This document shows positions 48,077 through 56,591 of a stretch of 64,000 nucleotides of DNA, piece by piece. Both the position numbers and the translations under genes were made by a program. The DNA lies in the NCBI GenBank assembly GCA_038751055.1, contig JBCDGS010000007.1:5612-69611 (forward strand), given 5' to 3'. Below the pieces are notes generated by a model. The model worked only from the letters and a program-made list of their open reading frames with translations. It was not told the DNA's origin and did not search any database. This DNA is from Pseudomonadota bacterium (GTDB lineage: Bacteria > Pseudomonadota > Alphaproteobacteria > Rhodobacterales > Rhodobacteraceae). Every line of letters starts with the position of its first letter. Position 1 is the first letter of the stretch.

Positions 48077-48897
48077 TGCCCGCGGAATGGACGCCGGAGC
48101 AAAAGCTCTTTCCCTCTCAGGTCGGGTTCACCTGTCCGCCGTTCGACTACGACGCTGCGCCCTCTGATTTCTTGCGGATCGCGCCGCGGTCGGTGGGGGT
48201 CCATGGCTGGATGCTGCACGTGCCCGACTATGCCCATGGCCTCGACCAGAGGCGCGCAAATTTCGGGATGATGGACGACTTTTGCCACTGCATGGCGCGC
48301 AATGGCGCGGATGTGGCCGCGCAGGTGGGATCGAACTGGGTCCATGCGTCGGGCCTTGGCGTGGAGGGCATTCGCGCCCATTGCGAGGCGCTGTCGGAGC
48401 GCCATGGCGTAGCCTTCCACATGGCAGGCTACGCCATGGTCGAGGCCCTGCGCGCGATGAATGTCGAGAAGGTCGCGCTCAATGGGGCGTATCACTGGCC
48501 TGCGTGGTGGCAGGGCACAGTGGGGTTCCTGAAAGAGGCGGGCTTTGACGTGCTCTGGGCCGGGAACTTCGTGGATCAGGGTTGGTACGCGACGCAGGAG
48601 GAGGTGAACGCCCTGCGCTGGATTTTTCCGGGCGAGCTTGCGCTGAAGTCGTTTGAATACGTGGCCGAACAGGCCCCCGCGGCCGATGCGATCCTAATCA
48701 ACGGGATGTGCAATTTTCGGGGCGAAGGCGGCGTGCCGGAGCGCCCACTGCACCTCACACCGATGCTGGAAGAGGCTTTGGGCAAGCCGGTGATCGGCCA
48801 CGATACCGCCCTTTACTGGCGGGTGTTCAAGACGCTGGGCCTCGCACCGGAAGGACGGCATGGGAAGCTGTTGGAGGAGCTCGATGGCCAATATTGA
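48073..48897 (+). CDS. Asp/Glu racemase superfamily protein (maleate isomerase / arylmalonate decarboxylase-like)
   Basis: AMVEALRAMNVEKVAL, FLKEAGFDV, ADAILING, LEEALGKPVI. Confidence 0.7.
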   Translation: MMPAEWTPEQKLFPSQVGFTCPPFDYDAAPSDFLRIAPRSVGVHGWMLHVPDYAHGLDQRRANFGMMDDFCHCMARNGADVAAQVGSNWVHASGLGVEGIRAHCEALSERHGVAFHMAGYAMVEALRAMNVEKVALNGAYHWPAWWQGTVGFLKEAGFDVLWAGNFVDQGWYATQEEVNALRWIFPGELALKSFEYVAEQAPAADAILINGMCNFRGEGGVPERPLHLTPMLEEALGKPVIGHDTALYWRVFKTLGLAPEGRHGKLLEELDGQY

Positions 48898-49027
48898 GGG
48901 CAGCCCCCGACCTCGGGTGGGGGCATACGGCAGCCGCGAGGGGCGCCAAACCATCCACCCGTCCATTGCCGGATTCTCGGGGATAGCTCGCAAAGGCGCC
49001 TTCCCGGGGGGAGGTCGGGGGCTGCCC
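48898..49027. repeat. 130-bp MITE-like element with perfect 17-bp terminal inverted repeats
   Basis: GGGCAGCCCCCGACCTC at 48898-48914 and GAGGTCGGGGGCTGCCC at 49011-49027. Confidence 0.75.
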
Positions 49028-49065
49028 GGGCAAGCCGGGCGGTACTCTGCGGAGGGACGGCACCC

Positions 49066-49809
49066 ATGACCCACCCGATTTACGTCCTTTGGGCTGTGCC
49101 CAGATCCACCTCCACGGCGTTTGAGTGGATGATGCGTCAGCGCGGCGACCTCGATTGCCTGCACGAACCCTTCGGAGAGGCATGGTATCAGGGCGAGGAT
49201 CCGCTCTGGCCGCGGTTTACCGAAGGCGAGGCGACGACGCCGGGCCTGACCATCGACAGCGTCTGGCAGGACATCTGCGCGCGCGCAGAGCGGGGACCGG
49301 TCTTTCTGAAGGACTTTCCGCATTACGTGAACCACTGGTGGAGGCCGGACATTCTGGCGCGGATGACCCATGCCTTCCTGATCCGGGACCCGGCGCTGAC
49401 GCTCACGTCGATCTATGACAAATGGCCGGATTTCGATGAGCTTGAGGTGGGCTTTCCCGAACAGCGCGCGCTTTACGACCTGCTGACGGCTCTGAACGGG
49501 ACGCCCCCGCCCGTGATCGATTCAGGCGACCTTCTCGAGGCGCCGGAGGCCATGACGCGTGCGTTTTGCGATGCCCTTGGCCTGCCTTACCTGCCTGAGG
49601 CGCTGAGTTGGGAGCCCGGCGCAGATACCGGCGCGTATTCCTGGTGGGACGGCGGTTCGTTTCACCAGAACCTGAAAGATTCCACTGGCCTTCGCGCGCA
49701 AAAGCGGCGCTATGTGGAGCTTGATGCGGCCCCCGAGAGGGTCCGCCGGGTGCATCGCCGCATGCGCCCGCATTACGACCACCTTCATGCCGGGAGGCTC
49801 AGGCCATGA
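49066..49809 (+). CDS. Sulfotransferase-like P-loop protein
   Basis: WAVPRSTSTAFE (PAPS-binding-like PRSxST), HEPF, FLIRDP, LSWEPG. Confidence 0.75.
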   Translation: MTHPIYVLWAVPRSTSTAFEWMMRQRGDLDCLHEPFGEAWYQGEDPLWPRFTEGEATTPGLTIDSVWQDICARAERGPVFLKDFPHYVNHWWRPDILARMTHAFLIRDPALTLTSIYDKWPDFDELEVGFPEQRALYDLLTALNGTPPPVIDSGDLLEAPEAMTRAFCDALGLPYLPEALSWEPGADTGAYSWWDGGSFHQNLKDSTGLRAQKRRYVELDAAPERVRRVHRRMRPHYDHLHAGRLRP

Positions 49810-51266
49810 AAGACTTTTACCAGAATTACATCGACGGGCAGTGGGTCGATGGCGGCGACGGGACGATCGATGTGACGAACCCCGGCACGGGCGAGCATCT
49901 GGCGCGGCACGCCATGGCTGACGCGGGCGATGTGGCCCGCGCGGTCGCCGCCGCCAAGCGCGTCCATGACAGTGGCGCCCTGACGGCCATGCGCCCCGTC
50001 GAACGGGGACGCATGGTGCAGGCCATGGGGCGCTACATCCTCGAACATCTCGACGAGGTGGCAGAGCTTTTGACCCTCGAGCAGGGCAAACCCCTCTGGG
50101 AGGCCAAGCAGGAGATCCGCGGCACCGCCCGCTATTTTGAATATTACGGCGGCCAGGCCGACACGATGGAGGGCCGATCCATCCCGCTGGGCGCGAAGTA
50201 TTATGACTTTACGAGCTACGAGCCCTATGGCGTTTCCGCCCAGATCATCCCGTGGAATTACCCGGTGGAGATGGCGGCGCGGTCGATCTCTGCGGCGTTG
50301 GCGACGGGCAATACGGTGGTGGTGAAATCCTCTGAAATCTGCCCGTGTTCGTCCTATATCTACGCCCATGCCGCCGAGGCTGCGGGCTTTCCGGCGGGGG
50401 CGTTGAACATCGTGTGCGGCTTTGGGCATGTGGCGGGCGCGGCGCTGACCTCGCACCCGGATGTGCGCCAGATCGTCTTTACAGGCTCCGTGAAAACGGG
50501 CCAGACCATCGCGCGGGCGGCCGCGGATATCCTGGCCCCTTGCGTGCTGGAGCTTGGTGGCAAGTCCGGGGCCATCGTCCACAAGGACGCCGACCTCGAC
50601 GCGTTCACGGGCAACGTGCGGTGGGGGATTTACTTCAATTCCGGGCAGGTCTGTTCGGCCATGTCGCGGGTCATCGTCCATGAGGATCGCCACGACGAGG
50701 TGGTCGAGAACATCTCTGCCATGGCGAAGTCTCTCTCCGTCGGGCCAGGTATCGAGCGCCCGGAGTTCGGCGCGAACATGGGGGCGATGATCTCGGTCAA
50801 GCAGCGGGACCGCGCCGTGGGGCTGGTGGCCGGGGCGCAGGAGGCCGGGGCAAAGGTCGTCACCGGCGGGCGGCCGCTGAACAACCCGGGCAGCTTCATG
50901 GAACCCACCGTGCTGAGCGGTGTGACGCCGGATATGGAGGTCGCCCAGGAGGAGATCTTTGGCCCCGTCGTGTCGGTCCTGAAGTTCAAGACGCCCGAAG
51001 AGGCCATCGCCATCGCCAACGGCACGCCCTACGGCCTCGTGGGTGGCACGTTCACCAAGGACCTCGACCAGGGGATGCGCGATGCCCAGCAGCTGCGCGC
51101 GGGCCAGATCTACGTCAACGAATGGTTTGCCGGCGGCGTGGAGACGCCCTTTGGCGGCTACGGCCAGTCCGGCTACGGCCGAGAAAAGGGGCGCGAGGCG
51201 CTGATGAACTACGTGCAGACGAAGAATGTCGCCATTTCCATAGGCGGTGGCTTCGGGCGAAGCTGA
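49806..51266 (+). CDS. Aldehyde dehydrogenase
   Basis: IIPWNYP, FTGSVKTG, LELGGKS, GQVCSA, EEIFGPV, PFGGYGQSG. Confidence 0.93.
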   Translation: MKDFYQNYIDGQWVDGGDGTIDVTNPGTGEHLARHAMADAGDVARAVAAAKRVHDSGALTAMRPVERGRMVQAMGRYILEHLDEVAELLTLEQGKPLWEAKQEIRGTARYFEYYGGQADTMEGRSIPLGAKYYDFTSYEPYGVSAQIIPWNYPVEMAARSISAALATGNTVVVKSSEICPCSSYIYAHAAEAAGFPAGALNIVCGFGHVAGAALTSHPDVRQIVFTGSVKTGQTIARAAADILAPCVLELGGKSGAIVHKDADLDAFTGNVRWGIYFNSGQVCSAMSRVIVHEDRHDEVVENISAMAKSLSVGPGIERPEFGANMGAMISVKQRDRAVGLVAGAQEAGAKVVTGGRPLNNPGSFMEPTVLSGVTPDMEVAQEEIFGPVVSVLKFKTPEEAIAIANGTPYGLVGGTFTKDLDQGMRDAQQLRAGQIYVNEWFAGGVETPFGGYGQSGYGREKGREALMNYVQTKNVAISIGGGFGRS

Positions 51267-51340
51267 ATTAAGACGCATTCCCGGGGTCGCAGGTGCGCGG
51301 CGCCCGGAAAATGCTGCGCGAGCCAGGGAAAGGCGCGAAG

Positions 51341-51726
51341 ATGACATTCGACGAAGATCTGTTTGTGAAAGGCCTGCAAGAGCGCAAAGCGACCCTTGGC
51401 GCTGAGTACGTGGAGAAAAACCTCGCTGCGGCGGACGATTTCACCAGACCCTTTCAGGAGGCCATGACGGCCTGGTGCTGGGGGTTTGGCTGGGGCGACG
51501 ACGTGATCGATGCGAAACACGGTCGATGATGAATCTCGCGATGATCGGCGCCCTGGGGCGGATGCACGAATGGGAAGTGCATTGCAAAGGCGCCCTGAAC
51601 AACGGGGTTACGGCGGAGGAAATTCGCGCGATCATCCACGTCGTCGGCATCTATTGCGGGGTTCCCATGGCGTTGGAATGCTTCCGCGTCGCCCGCCGAG
51701 TGCTTGAGGATGCCGGGAAAATTTAG
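51341..51726 (+). pseudogene. Carboxymuconolactone decarboxylase family gene with a 1-bp frameshift
   Basis: MTFDEDLF...AWCWGFGWGDDVIDAK in one frame continues as TRSMMNLAMIGAL...GIYCGVPMALECFR in another; the junction is GCGAAACACGG at 51512-51522. Confidence 0.85.
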
Positions 51727-51744
51727 CAGATATTGAATTTATTC

Positions 51745-51770
51745 CGACATGGAGTAAACTGATTTCGTCA
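51745..51770 (-). promoter_or_regulatory. Candidate GlxA/GATR-family AraC binding site
   Basis: Minus strand TGACG-N16-TGTCG (21-bp period), resembling the tandem TGTCG repeats bound by P. aeruginosa ArgR-type regulators. Confidence 0.4.
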
Positions 51771-51787
51771 CCTTTCGGAATCAGTCC

Positions 51788-52732
51788 ATGGATATCACGC
51801 TTTACATTGCCCCCGGGTTCAACCTGACCGCCACCTACGCGTTCATCGATGCGTTCAATGCGGTGAACGAAATCGAGGCCCGCGAGGTCTATGGCGTGCA
51901 TGTCGTGTCGGGTACCGGTGGCCCGGTCTCGAGCCATCAGGGCCCTGCCATGGATACCGTCCACGTCGACGAGGTGCGCAGCGACAGCGATATCGTCGTG
52001 ATCTCCACCTCAAGCGACCCGCAGGCGGCCTACGGGCTGCCGTTGTCAAAGCATCTGCGCTATTGGCGGCGGCGCGAGGCGCTGATGATCGGCCTTGAAA
52101 GCGGTGCGTTCGTGCTGGCCGAAGGCTCCTTTCTGAAGGTGCCGGCCTGCGTGCACCCCCTCTACGGACCCGAGTTCGAGAGGGAGTTCCCGAACGTGGG
52201 CGTGAGTGGGGCGCTCTTTGATGCAAGTGGCGAGGTGCGGACCTGCGTCGGGGGGGCGGCCGCGCTCGACATGGCGCTGTCTCTTCTGTCGGAGCGCCAT
52301 GACGCCGACCTTGTCCGCGCCGTCCGGGACTTTCTCATGGCGCCAGAGCCGCGCCGTGGTGCAATGCCCGTCGTGGGCGGGGCGGCCGCGCCCTTGACCG
52401 GGGCGCTGCCCCCTGCCCTGATGACGGCCATCGACCAGATGAAAGCGGCCCTCGACCGGTCGATTTCGGTTCCTGACCTCGCGAAGGAAACCGGGCTGTC
52501 GCAGCGCCAGCTCGAACGGCTTTTCAAGGCCCATACGGGGCGTTCCCCGAACCAGTATTACCGGATGCTGCGGCTTGACCGGGCGCGCGAGATGGTGACC
52601 CGCGGCTCGGAACCGATCCCCGCCGTGGCCACCGCCTGCGGCTTTGTGAGCCCGGTGCATTTCAGCCGCGCCTACAAAGAGCAGTTCGGCCGTGCGCCCA
52701 TGCGCGACCGAATCCGCAATCGCATCGGCTGA
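51788..52732 (+). CDS. GlxA family (DJ-1/PfpI + AraC) transcriptional regulator
   Basis: GLESGAFVLAE, TCVGGAAALD, LSQRQLERLFK, CGFVSPVHFSRAYKEQFG. Confidence 0.88.
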   Translation: MDITLYIAPGFNLTATYAFIDAFNAVNEIEAREVYGVHVVSGTGGPVSSHQGPAMDTVHVDEVRSDSDIVVISTSSDPQAAYGLPLSKHLRYWRRREALMIGLESGAFVLAEGSFLKVPACVHPLYGPEFEREFPNVGVSGALFDASGEVRTCVGGAAALDMALSLLSERHDADLVRAVRDFLMAPEPRRGAMPVVGGAAAPLTGALPPALMTAIDQMKAALDRSISVPDLAKETGLSQRQLERLFKAHTGRSPNQYYRMLRLDRAREMVTRGSEPIPAVATACGFVSPVHFSRAYKEQFGRAPMRDRIRNRIG

Positions 52733-53227
52733 AGCTTGCCAATTACCCCGCGCTGCTGAGCGGCGTTCCAAACGCGGCGGATGAGCAGTCGGCATATAGT
52801 CTGCGAGAGGCACCTGCGCCACGTGACGCGGCATCCACCTACGCATTAACCACTGAAAGCAAACGATTTTATTGGCTCACCCGCGATGCGCCGCACTCTT
52901 TTTGCGCGGCCTGTGGCGCCGCAGCCTTGAGCCGACGGAGGCTGCGCGTTCGGCTCACTGTTCTGTTTGACCGAATTATAATTTCTACAAATCACCAATT
53001 TTAAAAACAATGACGTCGGGTTAACGTCCGGCTGTGTCCGACTGCATACCAACCTTCATCGCCAGTGCGATCCTTGCGTCCGGCCCCGTGGTGCGCCTGC
53101 TGCCGGCGATGGATGCACGTCCCGCCGCAGAGGCGGAGGCCCGCGGACATGACCCGACCTGGCGCGAGGCCCGCTGACACATCCCCCGTGACGCCAGACC
53201 CAGATTTCACCCCAACCGGAGAGCGAC

Positions 53228-53725
53228 ATGCACCGCAGAACACTCATCAAAACCGGACTTGCGACAGCGCTCGCAACAATTCTCGCAAACCACGCAGGAG
53301 CACAGACTATGGACGAAACCAGCCAAGCCTCTTTTGACACCGTCATGGCCTTCATGGCCGCCATGAACGAGGGCCCGGACGCGATGTCGCCGCTGATGGC
53401 CGACGACATGGTCTGGCACAATGAAGGCGACATGACCGTCCCGTGGATCCGTGGGGACACGAAAGGCAAAGAGGCCATTTTCGAATTCCTCGGCGTCTTC
53501 GGCGCGGGCCTTCAGACGACGAAATGGGAAAACACCGACGCCTTTGCGTCCGGCGATACCGTTGCCGTGTTCGGCGTCATGAACGGCATCACCACAGCCA
53601 GCGGCCAGGAGATCGGCGAATTCTCGTTCGCCCTGCGCGCGAAGGTGCGCGATGGCCAGGTCGTTCTTTGGCACTGGTTCGAGGACAGCTTTGCACTGAG
53701 CCAGGCCTATCACGGGCGCGCGTAA
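53228..53725 (+). CDS. Tat-exported SnoaL/NTF2-like protein
   Basis: HRRTLIK twin-arginine motif with AGA-Q cleavage; LMADDMVWH, VRDGQVVLWHWFEDS. Confidence 0.75.
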   Translation: MHRRTLIKTGLATALATILANHAGAQTMDETSQASFDTVMAFMAAMNEGPDAMSPLMADDMVWHNEGDMTVPWIRGDTKGKEAIFEFLGVFGAGLQTTKWENTDAFASGDTVAVFGVMNGITTASGQEIGEFSFALRAKVRDGQVVLWHWFEDSFALSQAYHGRA

Positions 53726-53761
53726 GCGCCCTTTGTACTGTACCTAGAGGGAGGAAATCTC

Positions 53762-54310
53762 GTGAAACCACTTACACTTGTTGCCGCATTGGCGGGCACG
53801 CTTGCGCTTGCCCCGGCGGTATCCGCTGACATGGCAAACACCGTGACCCAAGCGGTCAATGCCTTCGAGAACGCGCAGGCGACGGGCGGGGCGCCGATGA
53901 CCGTGGATGCCAAGGGCCCTGTCGCGATCAGCGATGACGTCGAGCTGCCGGGCTTTGCGTTTGCGGTCTATGACGTCGATTTCACCGAGAGCAGCGTCAC
54001 GATGACCCTCGTCGCCCAGCTCGAGAACCTGCAAATCACGCTCTATGACGACACGACGTTCGACCGGTACTATTTCGGCTTCGACACGCCGATCTCGGAG
54101 GCCGCGCTGGCCGCGTCCACGGATGAGAACTTTGCAGCGACCGTCGAGATCATCGAGCCCGGGACCGTGGTGACGAATGCGGGTGCCTTTGTCGACGGCC
54201 TCGGGACCGAGTTCACCTTCGACAACGGCGGCATCCTCGTCACCGTGGGTGAAGGCACCGACCTCACCAAGATCCTCGAAAACGGCGGGGCTCTTACCGT
54301 CGAGTTCTAA
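53762..54310 (+). CDS. Secreted acidic hypothetical protein (paralog A, no anchor)
   Basis: GGGAGG RBS, GTG start, signal peptide ending AVSA, D/E/T-rich mature domain. Confidence 0.8.
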   Translation: MKPLTLVAALAGTLALAPAVSADMANTVTQAVNAFENAQATGGAPMTVDAKGPVAISDDVELPGFAFAVYDVDFTESSVTMTLVAQLENLQITLYDDTTFDRYYFGFDTPISEAALAASTDENFAATVEIIEPGTVVTNAGAFVDGLGTEFTFDNGGILVTVGEGTDLTKILENGGALTVEF

Positions 54311-54325
54311 TCAGTCTGACGTGCT

Positions 54326-54356
54326 GGGCCGGTCCTCTTTTGCGAGGGGCCGGTTC
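54326..54356 (+). terminator. Intergenic hairpin between the paralogs
   Basis: GGCCGGTCCTC-ttttgc-GAGGGGCCGGTT; no strong U-tract. Confidence 0.45.
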
Positions 54357-54399
54357 GGTGCGTTCGATCTTTGACACTCTGTAAAGGGGGAACACTCTT

Positions 54400-55080
54400 A
54401 TGACTTCATTGGGCACGGCCTTAAGGCCAGTGGTCTTGGCGGCGGGGCTTTGCGTCACCGCAGTCGCAGGACAGGCCAGCACGGTTTCGATGGTTGAACA
54501 GGCCGTGAATATCTTCACCAGCGACAGCGTCACAGAGGGCGCGCCGCTGACCGTCGATGTGGGCGGGCCGGTGCCGATCATGGCCGGAACCGAGTTTCCG
54601 GGCTTTGCGTTTGGCACCTACGACGTGGATGTCTCTGGCGACTCCATCGAGATGACGTTCGTGAATGATCCCGGCAGCCTCGGGATTTCAGTGTATGATG
54701 CCAGCACGGTTGATCAATATTACTTCGAGTTTGATCGCGAGATCGTATCGGCTGCGCTCGGCGCCACAACCACCGGGTTCGCGGCAGATGTCGAAGTTAT
54801 CGCGCCGGGGACTATGGCCAGTTCCGTGGGCGGCTTCGTGCCCGGAGCACCCACGGACTTCACCTTTGAAAACGGTGGCGTTCTGATCAGCATCGGTGAG
54901 GGAACGGACCTGAACCTGGTGGGTACAGGCGGCAGCCTCACGGTCACCATTGCGCCCATTCCGCTTCCTGCCAGCCTCCCATTCCTGGCTGCGGCCTTGG
55001 CGGGGCTCGGACTTGTTCGGCGGCGGCGCGCAAAGGCGCCGGGCGGAGCAGCGGCGGATCGCCGTCCGGTTCAGGGGTAA
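54400..55080 (+). CDS. Secreted acidic protein (paralog B) with VPLPA-CTERM exosortase sorting signal
   Basis: Signal peptide; same domain as 53762; C-terminal PIPLPASLPFLAAALAGLGLV-RRRR (motif, TM helix, Arg cluster). Confidence 0.82.
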   Translation: MTSLGTALRPVVLAAGLCVTAVAGQASTVSMVEQAVNIFTSDSVTEGAPLTVDVGGPVPIMAGTEFPGFAFGTYDVDVSGDSIEMTFVNDPGSLGISVYDASTVDQYYFEFDREIVSAALGATTTGFAADVEVIAPGTMASSVGGFVPGAPTDFTFENGGVLISIGEGTDLNLVGTGGSLTVTIAPIPLPASLPFLAAALAGLGLVRRRRAKAPGGAAADRRPVQG

Positions 55081-55094
55081 AGGCGCAAACGGCA

Positions 55095-55487
55095 ATGACC
55101 CTGAACAAAGACTATCTCGTCGCCCGCATCCTGATCGGACTGATGGCGCTTGTCATGCTGGGAGCGACGATCCCGGCATACTTCAATCCAACATCCAACC
55201 CTGGCCTCATCAATCTGGTCGATCCCGCCCTGTCACTGGGCGAGACGGCCGGTGCCTTCCTCGGGCGGCAGCTGACGGTGATCCTCATCGCTCTGATCGG
55301 GGTCGTGACGGGCCTTCGGCATCTGGTGATGATCGGCGGGTTCGGCATGGCCTTCATGAATGGTCACGACGCGATTTTCATGGGGCTGGTCGGTGGGCCT
55401 GACTTCGCCTCGGCGGCTATTGCCGGGCTCGTCTTTGCCCTCCTCGGTGCGGTATCGATAGCATTGGTGTGGCGGGCACCCGCCTAG
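55095..55487 (+). CDS. Small four-TM membrane protein (DUF4267-like)
   Basis: Four hydrophobic segments; GR and D positions as in DUF4267-type proteins; family call tentative. Confidence 0.65.
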   Translation: MTLNKDYLVARILIGLMALVMLGATIPAYFNPTSNPGLINLVDPALSLGETAGAFLGRQLTVILIALIGVVTGLRHLVMIGGFGMAFMNGHDAIFMGLVGGPDFASAAIAGLVFALLGAVSIALVWRAPA

Positions 55488-55512
55488 ATCTGAGCAAGAG
55501 AAGGAGATTGCG

Positions 55513-56370
55513 ATGACGATAGGTGTCACGGCCGTATCCGGCCAATTGGGAGCTGCCATCGCGAACGCCTTGCTCGAGCGGGCGGGAGGGCGAAAGATCG
55601 TCGGCCTCGCCCGCTCGCCCGAAAAGGTCACCGTCGACGGGATCGACGTGCGGCCGGGCGAATACACGGATCAAGGGACGCTCACGCGGTCCCTTGATGG
55701 CGTCGATACGCTGGTCATGGTCTCTCTCAACACCGCGCCGGACATCCGCACGGATCAGCACCGGCAAGCGCTGGGTGCCGCCAAGGAGGCCGGCGTGCGC
55801 CGGATCGTCTATACCAGCGTGCAGGGCGCAGAGACCGGGACGGCGTTTTCGCCCGTCATCCAGAGCAATCGCGACACCGAGGCCGATCTGAGCACCTACG
55901 GCTTTGACTGGACCGTTGGGCGCAACGGCATCTACATCGAGCCGGATGTCGACTACATCGAAAGTTATGTGAAGGCGGGCGAGATCGCCAACTCGGCCGG
56001 GGACGGGGTCTGCGGCTACACGACCCGCGCCGAGCTCGCGGCGGCCTACGCCAATCTGGCGCTGGAGGACAGCCACAGCGGCCAGATTTACAACCTGCAT
56101 GGTAAGCCCCTGACGCAGGCGCAACTCACCGAATACCTGAACGAGGCGTTCGGGACCGACCTTGTCTACCGCCCGATGTCCGTCGAGGAGTACCGCGCCG
56201 ACCGGACGAAGGAACTCGGCGAGATGATGGGCATGATCATCGCGGGGATCTATGAGGGCATCAGGTCCGGCGTCTTCGACAAACCCAGCGACTTTGAGGT
56301 CGCCGCAGGCCGCCCGCACCAAAGTTGGGATGCGTACTTTTCAGCGCTGAAGGCCGCGCACCGGTCCTGA
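55513..56370 (+). CDS. NmrA-like atypical SDR (QorB/YtfG-like quinone oxidoreductase)
   Basis: IGVTAVSGQLG, ARSPEK, AAKEAGVRRIVYTS, GRNGIY. Confidence 0.82.
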   Translation: MTIGVTAVSGQLGAAIANALLERAGGRKIVGLARSPEKVTVDGIDVRPGEYTDQGTLTRSLDGVDTLVMVSLNTAPDIRTDQHRQALGAAKEAGVRRIVYTSVQGAETGTAFSPVIQSNRDTEADLSTYGFDWTVGRNGIYIEPDVDYIESYVKAGEIANSAGDGVCGYTTRAELAAAYANLALEDSHSGQIYNLHGKPLTQAQLTEYLNEAFGTDLVYRPMSVEEYRADRTKELGEMMGMIIAGIYEGIRSGVFDKPSDFEVAAGRPHQSWDAYFSALKAAHRS

Positions 56371-56591
56371 TTTTCTAAGTTTTTGAAGTTTGTGCGCTAT
56401 CGGTGATCGCTCAGGCCGTCGGTGCGCGCGCGTTGGCAGTCCGCCGGAGACCCTGGCGGTTTCAGGCCCTGCGCGGCCACTCCTGGCCGCGATATTCTCC
56501 CAAAGGGCGATAGTCTTTCATCAATATCGACCATTATGGGGACAATAAACGCGCCTACTTAGGACGGGAAGCAATGGAAAGGAGACAGAAC

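Noticed and set aside
11170-51347. Long antisense or alternative-frame ORFs (e.g. 11170..12510, 14597..15715, 35192..36541, 40145..41284, 49785..51347)
   Set aside because: They are shadows of well-supported genes on the opposite strand, which is expected in high-GC DNA. None carries a recognisable motif.
51512-51522. Programmed -1 frameshift in the CMD gene
   Set aside because: There is no X XXY YYZ slippery site or evident stimulatory structure. A 1-bp deletion or sequencing error is simpler.
56534-56548. TTAT-N7-ATAA LysR-type box upstream of the VOC gene
   Set aside because: The motif is too short and degenerate, and no LysR gene is in the window to support it.
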